Positions 52,784-60,374 of a DNA stretch of 64,000 nt are shown in pieces. The stretch covers positions 646 through 64,645 of the forward strand of contig JAGYOX010000001.1 of assembly GCA_018399235.1 (NCBI GenBank), read 5' to 3'. How positions within the stretch are numbered: position 1 is the first letter of the stretch; the number at the start of each line of letters is the position of its first letter. The position numbers were made by a program, and so were the translations under genes. The notes beneath the pieces were generated by a model that was not told the DNA's origin, made no database searches, and saw only the letters and a list, made by a program, of their open reading frames with translations. The DNA comes from Desulfobacterales bacterium (GTDB lineage: Bacteria > Desulfobacterota > Desulfobacteria > Desulfobacterales > Desulfosalsimonadaceae).

Positions 52784-53977
52784 CTATCGACGGCGCCTCA
52801 GCCGTTCAATGGAAAACCTGAGGCTATCCTGCATTCGGGAAATCGCATCCGCCAAGCTACCAATCTCGTCTTTGGCTTTGACCTCAATTTCGGCCTCAAG
52901 ATCGCCAACGCTGATCCGGTCCGCGGCTTCCGTCAGATACTGGATGTTTCGGGTAATCCGATATCCATAGATGGTAATGCAAAGACCGATGATAATGATG
53001 GCGCCGATAAGAATCCCAAAGTTGATGTTTCGGGTATTGGTGGACATCTGAGCGGCCGACTGCTTCAGACTGTCGGTCTTTTTGGTAAACTCATCAATAT
53101 AGGCTGTGGTCATCAAAAGATAGGGCTTGCCCTCCAGCGCAATCGGTGCAACCGCCATGTATTTATCACGGATTTTACCGTCCGGGTCCTTCCAGGAATA
53201 AAATCCCTGTGTTTCTTTGCCGCCCTTGGCCCGGGTTAGGACGTTCCAAAACTGTTCAAAATGCGGGCCCAGCGCCTTTCGGATCATATCAATATCATCG
53301 ATGCCGATAATATTTGGATTGGGATGCGCCCAGATGGTCCAGTCCTGGCCTCTCTCCGGCTCAGGATACTGAATAAGGCAGGAATATCCGGTTTCCCCAA
53401 CGCTTTGTACGGCTATCCCTGAAAAGTCAGGGGCGTAATTGAAGTCCTCTCGTTCCAGATCCGGATGGTTCCGTAAAAAAATCTCGCACTGAATCGCTAC
53501 ATCCCGGGCTTTCTGCATCAGTTTTTCTTTCCCTTCCTCAAGCACGAGATCGGTACTTTTCTCGGTAATGCTGGTCGCCAATTTGTTGAGTTGTTGCTGG
53601 GAGAAAAAACCGGTAAGAGCAATCAAAATAATCGGGATCACCAGAAACAATAGCATCATTTTGCCCCGCAGCCCCAAAAAACCGGAGGGACGAGCTGCAG
53701 AAACCGCTTCAGCACGGGGCCTTTCCTCCCGCGGCGGCGCGCTTGGCACCTCTTCCACGGGCTCTCTTGAAGGCTCTTCGGCCGCTTCCATACCATAACC
53801 GGCCCCACCGCCAAAAGGTTTTGAGGCTTCCGCTTCCTGCTCTTCAATGAGTTTTGACAGATTGGTCACATGACCGCATTCACTGCATCTGACCCGGATA
53901 TTTTTGCCCTTGTACTTCTCAATTTTCTCAGGATCAAGATGGTAAACTTTACCGCACTCCTCACAAATAACCGTCAT
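52784..53977 (-). CDS. Membrane protein: N-terminal cytoplasmic zinc ribbon, periplasmic Cache-like domain, C-terminal HAMP, no output domain
   Basis: 397 aa. CEECG...CSECG (MJ0042-type CxxC-x20-CxxC), an acidic/Pro linker, TM, about 190-aa extracytoplasmic domain, TM, then a HAMP ending the protein (DEIGSLADAISRMQDSL). Confidence 0.7.
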   Translation of the reverse strand: MTVICEECGKVYHLDPEKIEKYKGKNIRVRCSECGHVTNLSKLIEEQEAEASKPFGGGAGYGMEAAEEPSREPVEEVPSAPPREERPRAEAVSAARPSGFLGLRGKMMLLFLVIPIILIALTGFFSQQQLNKLATSITEKSTDLVLEEGKEKLMQKARDVAIQCEIFLRNHPDLEREDFNYAPDFSGIAVQSVGETGYSCLIQYPEPERGQDWTIWAHPNPNIIGIDDIDMIRKALGPHFEQFWNVLTRAKGGKETQGFYSWKDPDGKIRDKYMAVAPIALEGKPYLLMTTAYIDEFTKKTDSLKQSAAQMSTNTRNINFGILIGAIIIIGLCITIYGYRITRNIQYLTEAADRISVGDLEAEIEVKAKDEIGSLADAISRMQDSLRFSIERLRRRR

Positions 53978-54081
53978 GACTCGTCCTCCTTATCAAAATT
54001 GGCAACCTTTTTATTATACTTAAGGACTTTATGCTTAAAACCCACGAAGCCATCTGAATATTAACTTCGCCCGTATGATTT

Positions 54082-54552
54082 TCAGGTTTCAATTTCCCTG
54101 AGCTTTTTAACCATGGATTGCTGAAAAGCCACTTTCCTCTCTTCACGAATTATCTGACGAGCCAGCTGGTCAACCAGTTCCGCCGCCCGATGGGCAGGAA
54201 ATCTTGACGGATCTTCACCCATATCGTTTATCTCATCTTCAATCACCACATCGGCAATCGGTCCCATTGCCCGGGAAAGTTCATTGGAAAGTGCATTAAA
54301 AAAATCCCGCCCCAGCGTTGGCATCGCATCTTTTGCCACCTCAATAAGGCGAAGTTTATGGAGCTTATTTAGGACACCCCGAAGGTGCTTCATATTTACA
54401 TTCAAGGAACGAGCCACTTGAGCAAGATTCTTGGTTCCATCCAGCTCCATTAAAACCTGCAGCATTTCACTATCCAATGAGACTTCACCCAAATCCGCAC
54501 GGACGGTCCGCTTAAGCACCAGCCTGGATATATCCCCTGAAAATTCTACCAT
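54082..54552 (-). CDS. Hypothetical protein with winged-helix-like N-terminal half
   Basis: 156 aa. LQVLMELDGTKNLAQVARSLNVNMKHLRGVLNKLHKLRLIE resembles a MarR/wHTH segment. No other recognisable motif. Confidence 0.5.
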   Translation of the reverse strand: MVEFSGDISRLVLKRTVRADLGEVSLDSEMLQVLMELDGTKNLAQVARSLNVNMKHLRGVLNKLHKLRLIEVAKDAMPTLGRDFFNALSNELSRAMGPIADVVIEDEINDMGEDPSRFPAHRAAELVDQLARQIIREERKVAFQQSMVKKLREIET

Positions 54553-54633
54553 ATATCAGCCTCCGAATGCTAATGACAGCAATCTTCTAGAATAATATTT
54601 TAAATATATCATATTTTAACACCAACAATCAAA

Positions 54634-55359
54634 TCAGGCACCGATATTTTTAATCAGCTGACGCAGAATACGGAACTCCTCCTGAAGCGTTTTTTTAACC
54701 TCAGATAGGATATAATCCGCCATCTCCCGGGACTCCGGAGACAAACTGGGCGGGGCCTGAGCGGGTCGTCTGGCTGACACCGGTTCGGCAGCCTCGGAAG
54801 CAACCTCGAGAGTCTCTGGTGCCTCTTGTTTGGCTAGTACCCGTTGTTTGAACCTTTTATATTTCTTAACCTCGCCGGCGATCATTTTTTTCTTTTCAGC
54901 TTCGCTCAATCCTTTAGAAAGAAGCGCTCTTTCAAATTTTTTAAATACTGATGTGACCAACTTGATGGCATCCGGATCGGCCTTGGCCTTTCTGGCCTTA
55001 ATGTATTTCCCCAGAGACTCATGCAACTTTAGAAACAGCAGGTAAACCCGGTCATCCTTGTACTGGGACTTTAAACGTTTTACCTCCTGAAGGAACTCCT
55101 TCATGGTTTTATCGCTAATCTCCCAATCAATGGAGAAAACCAGCGCTTTTAGATTGTCAATCGGCGTTGTTTCACCTGACTTGGCTTGCATTGACGGGGC
55201 TCCTTGCGTGCGGGGGGATTTTACATCAGAGGCTTTGCTGGTGGGTTTATCAGAAGCATCATTTATCGAACCGTCTTCAGGGGCTTCCCCTCCGAATAAT
55301 TCATCTAACCGGCTGGACACTTCCTCGTTGAGGTTTGTATCTTCATCTTTGGGACCCAA
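54634..55359 (-). CDS. Hypothetical Lys/Glu-rich helical protein with disordered N-terminus
   Basis: 241 aa, no motif I recognise. Starts 22 nt after the mglA stop on the same strand. Confidence 0.5.
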   Translation of the reverse strand: MGPKDEDTNLNEEVSSRLDELFGGEAPEDGSINDASDKPTSKASDVKSPRTQGAPSMQAKSGETTPIDNLKALVFSIDWEISDKTMKEFLQEVKRLKSQYKDDRVYLLFLKLHESLGKYIKARKAKADPDAIKLVTSVFKKFERALLSKGLSEAEKKKMIAGEVKKYKRFKQRVLAKQEAPETLEVASEAAEPVSARRPAQAPPSLSPESREMADYILSEVKKTLQEEFRILRQLIKNIGA

Positions 55360-55381
55360 TGGTTTACCCTCCTGTCGGTAA

Positions 55382-55987
55382 TTATTCGAGTTTTTTTCTT
55401 AAGGACGTAACGGTCAGGGCAATAATTTTTTTCATAGTGGCCGCCACGTTGTCGCCTTTCACCGCACTCGCCTCGAAATACGGGGCCTTCAATCGGCTAT
55501 TTAAATCCTTCTGAAGGGTGTCAACGGATAAAATTGGAATACCTTCTTCTTCCAGGTCCCGCTTATTGTACTGAACAACCAGCGGAATGTTGAAAATGTT
55601 CTTATTGAAGGTTTCCAGGTTCTCTTTTAGGTTTTGCAAAGAGCGAATGTTCATCTCTCGTCGTAAATCCATCGAATCCGCCACAAAGACAAGTCCGTCC
55701 ACGCCTCTTAACACCAGACGCCGCGTGGCGTTATATTTAACCTGACCCGGCACAGTGTATAATTGTACTTTAATGCTGTGGCCTTTTATCTCTCCGATAT
55801 CAAAGGGTAAAAAGTCGAAAAAAAGAGTCCGGTCACCGTAGGTTTTTACTGTGACCATTTCGTTTTGAATACGTTTCTTAAACTTTTGGTTAATATACTC
55901 AAGATTCGTTGTTTTCCCGCCTCGGCCTGGACCGTAATAGACGATTTTGACCTGAACCTCCTTCTTCTTCGGATTTATTAACGCCAA
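55382..55987 (-). CDS. mglA: MglA-type Ras-like small GTPase
   Basis: 201 aa. KIVYYGPGRGGKTTNLEYI, TLFFDFLP, LYTVPGQV (Thr replaces the Ras G3 Asp, as in Myxococcus MglA), GVDGLVFVADS, QYNKRDL. Collinear with M. xanthus MglA as I recall it. Confidence 0.9.
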   Translation of the reverse strand: MALINPKKKEVQVKIVYYGPGRGGKTTNLEYINQKFKKRIQNEMVTVKTYGDRTLFFDFLPFDIGEIKGHSIKVQLYTVPGQVKYNATRRLVLRGVDGLVFVADSMDLRREMNIRSLQNLKENLETFNKNIFNIPLVVQYNKRDLEEEGIPILSVDTLQKDLNSRLKAPYFEASAVKGDNVAATMKKIIALTVTSLRKKLE

Positions 55988-56116
55988 ATCGCTTTCCTCC
56001 AGAAATAATAAGTTAACAATTGCAACAAGCTTTCCCTGTATTTCGGCGGTATGCCAACAACAGCCATTTTATCTTCAAAGCGCTCGACTTGAGAGATCTC
56101 TGTTAAAAATTTCAAA

Positions 56117-56509
56117 CTAAAGCAGTTTTTGAATCCGCTTGATGGCTTCAGCCACTTTAAGCCGTAAAAATCCAAGAGAGACATTTTTATTAAAGATGGT
56201 CAATAACAATAAATCTTCAACCACCTTGCTAAAATGGATACTCTCTTCTTCCCCCTTATGAAAGAGCAATGAAAATTCCTGTTCTCCAATAATATTGGCC
56301 ATCGCACTGACTGCCCCATAGTTGCCGGCTGCCAGGGCAGCCAGCGAAAACACATCATGACCTTTATCGCCGCTGTCCAAGTTAGCGATGACATTACCGG
56401 CTAAATCCATCAAAATAACACTCTGAACGCCCATATCGATCAGTTCCTCCTGGAGGATGTTCTCAATCGATTCAATCTGTTGCTTATCAAATTCAATCGT
56501 AAAATCCAT
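56117..56509 (-). CDS. mglB: MglB-type roadblock/LC7 protein (GAP partner of MglA)
   Basis: 130 aa. MGVQSVILMDLAGNVIA...AALAAGNYGA...LLLTIFNKNVSLGFLRLK is a roadblock pattern. Lies immediately upstream of mglA, as in the Myxococcus mglBA operon. Confidence 0.8.
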   Translation of the reverse strand: MDFTIEFDKQQIESIENILQEELIDMGVQSVILMDLAGNVIANLDSGDKGHDVFSLAALAAGNYGAVSAMANIIGEQEFSLLFHKGEEESIHFSKVVEDLLLLTIFNKNVSLGFLRLKVAEAIKRIQKLL

Positions 56510-56910
56510 TAATATTCACCTCTTAAAATATCAGTTAACCCCAAATTAAAGGGCAGCCCCCCTTACTTGAGTTATAATTAACGTTCCGCAGTGTTAAACA
56601 CAATTTATAGTTAATTAGCTTAAAGCTACCACAGAATCAAATAAAAAAATATCAATTAAATCAGTTTTATCTGAAAAATCTATGCCTTCGCAGAGAAAAT
56701 CACGGCTGATATTTATCATCCTGAAATTTCTTATTCCAATTCGTTTGTTTATTACCATAAACGCCGCTCTGTATGCAAGCATGAATCTTGCTCTTCGAAA
56801 CAACTACATCGCTGTACCATAAACCTTAAAAAATAAACCTGCCCTTCTTTATTAACAGGCCGCCCCACAAACTGCAGTCAATACGTATTTTTACCTAAAC
56901 TTAGCGATTT

Positions 56911-58275
56911 CTAAGTATTAGAAAAATACCACTCTACCAGTTTTTCTGCAAGGCCAATATACTGATCGACCCTTAATTGATACAGCTGTTGCTTGGCCGC
57001 TGCGGGTACATTTTCCAGGGAATCGATAAACTGCTCTATATCCGCTTGAGTCACGGACCGTCCCCGCGTCAGTTTTTTCAATTTCTCATAAGGGTTGTCC
57101 TCTTTGTATACCCGCATAACGGTTTGCAGGGCTTCGGCAAGAATCTCCGGGTTAGCCTGAATATCCTTTCTCAACACTGCCGTATCGACGCTTATCCTGT
57201 CCAGACCTTTCAACACACTTCTAAACCCAATCAGCAGGTAACCAAAAACTGATCCCAGATTACGCAGTACGGTACTGTCGGTAAGGTCCCGCTGATACCG
57301 GGAGTTTAAAAACTTGACCGCCATGTGCTCCATTAGTGAAATGGCAACCCCCATATTGCCTTCACTGTTTTCAAAATCTATGGGGTTAACCTTGTGAGGC
57401 ATGGTCGAAGAGCCAATTTCGTCCTCCACGGATTTCTGCTTGAAGTAGCCGAGAGAAATGTAACCCCACATATCCCGATCAAGATCAATCACAATGGCAG
57501 CGATACGCGTAAGGATATGCAAAATCTCGGAAATATAACTGTTCGGATTGATCTGGGTAGTCAAAAGGATCGGCGTAGCCCCTATATATCGGGCAATAAA
57601 ATCCTGTGAGGCGGAAATCCAGTCGATTTCCGGAAAGGCAAATTGATGGGCACAAAAATTTCCGCTTGCCCCGTTCATTTTGGCCTGAATATATGCAATG
57701 CGAAGATTGCTATACTCAAGGCGCAGCCGCCAAGCGAAGTTGACCATCTCTTTTCCCACAGTCGTCGGTGTCGCCGGCTGGCCATGGGTTCTGGAAATCA
57801 TCGGCGTCGCCTTATATTTTTCCCCCAGCGCTTCAAGTTTCTGAAGGATCTTCACCAGCTCATCCAGCAAGAATTGGCGGCCGGCTTTAATCATCAGAGC
57901 ATAGGCGCAATTGTTGATATCATCGGAAGTGCAAGCGAAATGAACCCATTCCTTCAAATCGGCAAGCCCAATTTCGCAGAGGCGATCCTTTATATAGTAT
58001 TCAACCGCCTTGACATCATGATTGGTTATTTTTTCCGTTTCCTTGATGGTTTTTGCTGCCGCTACATCAAAATCTTCAGCAATGGCGCTAATCTTTTTTA
58101 GCGCGGCCTTATCTGCCGTATCCAGATTCAAATCTGTAAGCAGAAACTTCAGCCATTGGATTTCAACATATATGCGGTGCCGGATCAGGCCGTATTCGGA
58201 AAAAATATCTGATAATTCTTTTGTATATTTTAAATATCGGCCGTCAAGGACCGAGATTGCCTGAATGCTTTCCAT
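56911..58275 (-). CDS. purB: Adenylosuccinate lyase
   Basis: 454 aa. N-terminal SVLDGRYLKYTKELSDIFSEYGLIRHRIYVEIQWLKFL parallels E. coli PurB; fumarate-lyase signature SSTMPHKVNP. Confidence 0.9.
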   Translation of the reverse strand: MESIQAISVLDGRYLKYTKELSDIFSEYGLIRHRIYVEIQWLKFLLTDLNLDTADKAALKKISAIAEDFDVAAAKTIKETEKITNHDVKAVEYYIKDRLCEIGLADLKEWVHFACTSDDINNCAYALMIKAGRQFLLDELVKILQKLEALGEKYKATPMISRTHGQPATPTTVGKEMVNFAWRLRLEYSNLRIAYIQAKMNGASGNFCAHQFAFPEIDWISASQDFIARYIGATPILLTTQINPNSYISEILHILTRIAAIVIDLDRDMWGYISLGYFKQKSVEDEIGSSTMPHKVNPIDFENSEGNMGVAISLMEHMAVKFLNSRYQRDLTDSTVLRNLGSVFGYLLIGFRSVLKGLDRISVDTAVLRKDIQANPEILAEALQTVMRVYKEDNPYEKLKKLTRGRSVTQADIEQFIDSLENVPAAAKQQLYQLRVDQYIGLAEKLVEWYFSNT

Positions 58276-58331
58276 ATGATTCCCTTTCCAAAAATAAAGA
58301 CCCTGATGAGATCGGGTTCTAAGTGACTTTA

Positions 58332-58373
58332 CGGTTTAAGGTATAAGGTTTAGGGTATAAGGTTAAAGGTTTA
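58332..58373. repeat. Heptamer array, G-rich on plus strand
   Basis: cggtttaaggtataaggtttagggtataaggttaaaggttta. Confidence 0.8.
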
Positions 58374-58459
58374 AAAAAATCAAAATTTTAGCCATATAGG
58401 TCGGATAAACAAGGCGCTTTCGTCAATTCCTGATCGGTTTATCGAGATTTGTACAATCA

Positions 58460-58547
58460 ATGTAGTGGAAGGCTTCAGCCTTCCAGCGGACGCGGCTTGC
58501 TGCATCGGTCGCTTCTGCGAATGGCGGGCTAAAGCCCGCCTCTACAT
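58460..58547. repeat. Module A hairpin-pair element, copy 3 (inverted)
   Basis: atgtagtGGAAGGCttcaGCCTTCC...GGCGGGCtaaaGCCCGCCtctacat. Preceded (58385-58459) by the inverted ..gataaacaaggcg...ttatcgagatttgtac.. tail and followed (58560-58620) by the aaaagtcacttttaggctcgg module also seen at 8425-8450 and 22381-22405. Confidence 0.85.
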
Positions 58548-58664
58548 CGCATCTACCATAAAAGTCACTTTTAGGCTCGGTCCCGGACTGCGGCCCGCGG
58601 GGAAAGCTTCCAAATTACCACGGTTCAGGGGGCAGAGATCTCCGGGTCGTGACTTGGTGAACCT

Positions 58665-60374
58665 TCAGCTTCCAGCGCTGTCGCCTTGTTGAGCCCCGTA
58701 ATTCGCTTTTGGCTGCATTGCATCAATATAGCTTGAAATCCCCTTGATAATGCCTTCACACACATTCGACTGATAATCGGAATCCGTCAGCCGCTGGCAT
58801 TCCCGCTGATTGCTGATAAATGAGGTTTCAATCAAAATAGACGGCATTTGCGCCCCTAAAAGCACATAAAACGGCGCCTGCTTAACGCCCTTGTCATTGA
58901 TTCTTGAATATTTACCGGATAAATGGCTGCACAACGACTCCTGCACGTAGGTCGCCAGCCGGCTGGATTCATTAATTTTGGCATTATTTAAAAGATCCTG
59001 GAGAATCGAATCCAGTTCACTGATATTTTTTCTGGATGTGGCATTTTCTCTGGCGGCTACGGCAATGGCCTCTTCATCACTGGTGAGGTTCAAAAAATAG
59101 GTTTCAATGCCAAATGCGCGATGGCTTCTGGCTGCATTGGCATGAACCGAAATAAACAGATCCGCCTTCTTGGTATTGGCAAACGCCGTCCGCTCCTCCA
59201 ATGTCAAATATTTATCCGTCCTTCGCGTCATCAGGACGTCACAGTCAAATTTTTGCCTTATTCTTTCTGCCAGCTTTTTTGATATTGAAAGCACAACATC
59301 TTTTTCATACACGCCCCGAAGATAGCCCGGAGCGCCGCAGTCTTTGCCGCCATGGCCCGGATCAATGACGATCCGCTCAACCTTCAAACAGAAAGGGGTT
59401 ATCACCGGATCGGACGCCGGTGCAGGCAGCTTTTGTTTCTGCTCCCCCCTTACATCAATGACAATTCGGAAGGGATTTTTCAGCGAGAATATATTGTAAT
59501 CCTCAAAGGATTTTATATCCACCACGACCCGCACCACATCTTTGGTATGTTGCCCGGCCCGCGCCGTTCTGAGCAGACTGTCATTGATGGGTATCTTTTT
59601 CTCGACATCCCCCAGACGGGTATTGTTAAGATCTACGTAAAGCCGCTGGTATGGCTTGCTGATGGACGGATCTTTGTTCAGCAGATTGTTCTGAAAACTG
59701 GTTTCCTTGGTTGCGTCAATGACCACCCGGGTATATTCAGGACTCGACCAGTACCGGATACCGGTTACCGTGGCCATTTGTGAATTTCTGGATTGCTCCC
59801 TTTCATCCGCTGCATGGTTGCTTTCAGCTGAAGCTGATGCCGCAATGGATTGGCTGATAGCATTTTCAATGGCGTCAGGCATCCGGTCAAGGCGCTCCAA
59901 GGCTTTATTCCTGTAGTCGCTGTCCGGATAGGTATCTATCAGTCGATTGTAGATGGCGGCGGCCTTCTCCCGGTCATTATTATTATATGAATGCTCGTAG
60001 AGGTTTTCATACAAACGCCCGCTCATAAACATTGCCGCCGGCGCCCAGGGATTTTCCGGGTATTGGCGATAAACATCGGCAAAGCGTTCAATGCATGATT
60101 CCCAATAGCTCCTGTATTTCTGCCGTGAGCGATGCTCGCAAAGCTCTTTGTAGCAGGCTTCCCCATCAAAATAGAGCTGTTTTGCCGATTTGCCGCCGGC
60201 CGGATATGGTTGGCTCAAGTGCAGTAATAAAATGAGGATAGTGATATTTATAATGACCGGCAGCCGACTGTATCTGAAGCGGCCCTTTATGCGCCTATCA
60301 GCCCCTGTTTCTGAGTCATCTGTATTAATGCGCCAATTATGGCCGGGTACCGCTTTTTTTGTATTTTTTTTCAT
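58665..60374 (-). CDS. N-acetylmuramoyl-L-alanine amidase (AmiC-like) with N-terminal TPR/YbgF-like region and AMIN domain
   Basis: Amidase_3 motifs IVIDPGHGGKDCGA, ISVHANA, ILIETSFISN. AMIN-like VTGIRYWSSPEYTRVVID...LYVDLNNTRL. Start taken at MKKNTKK (60374); the ORF-track start at 60428 is also possible. Overlaps the mutS 3' end. Confidence 0.85.
   Translation of the reverse strand: MKKNTKKAVPGHNWRINTDDSETGADRRIKGRFRYSRLPVIINITILILLLHLSQPYPAGGKSAKQLYFDGEACYKELCEHRSRQKYRSYWESCIERFADVYRQYPENPWAPAAMFMSGRLYENLYEHSYNNNDREKAAAIYNRLIDTYPDSDYRNKALERLDRMPDAIENAISQSIAASASAESNHAADEREQSRNSQMATVTGIRYWSSPEYTRVVIDATKETSFQNNLLNKDPSISKPYQRLYVDLNNTRLGDVEKKIPINDSLLRTARAGQHTKDVVRVVVDIKSFEDYNIFSLKNPFRIVIDVRGEQKQKLPAPASDPVITPFCLKVERIVIDPGHGGKDCGAPGYLRGVYEKDVVLSISKKLAERIRQKFDCDVLMTRRTDKYLTLEERTAFANTKKADLFISVHANAARSHRAFGIETYFLNLTSDEEAIAVAARENATSRKNISELDSILQDLLNNAKINESSRLATYVQESLCSHLSGKYSRINDKGVKQAPFYVLLGAQMPSILIETSFISNQRECQRLTDSDYQSNVCEGIIKGISSYIDAMQPKANYGAQQGDSAGS

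Noticed and set aside
55978-56184. 68-aa ORF bridging the mglB-mglA gap
   Set aside because: It overlaps the mglB 3' end by 68 nt and the mglA start by 10 nt, and it has no RBS or recognisable features. The 129-nt gap is more simply an intercistronic spacer.
56780-56800. Sigma-54 promoter upstream of mglB (minus-strand TGGTAC-N5-TGTAG)
   Set aside because: The -24 GG is present, but the -12 element reads GT instead of GC at the required spacing. No enhancer-binding protein gene is nearby.
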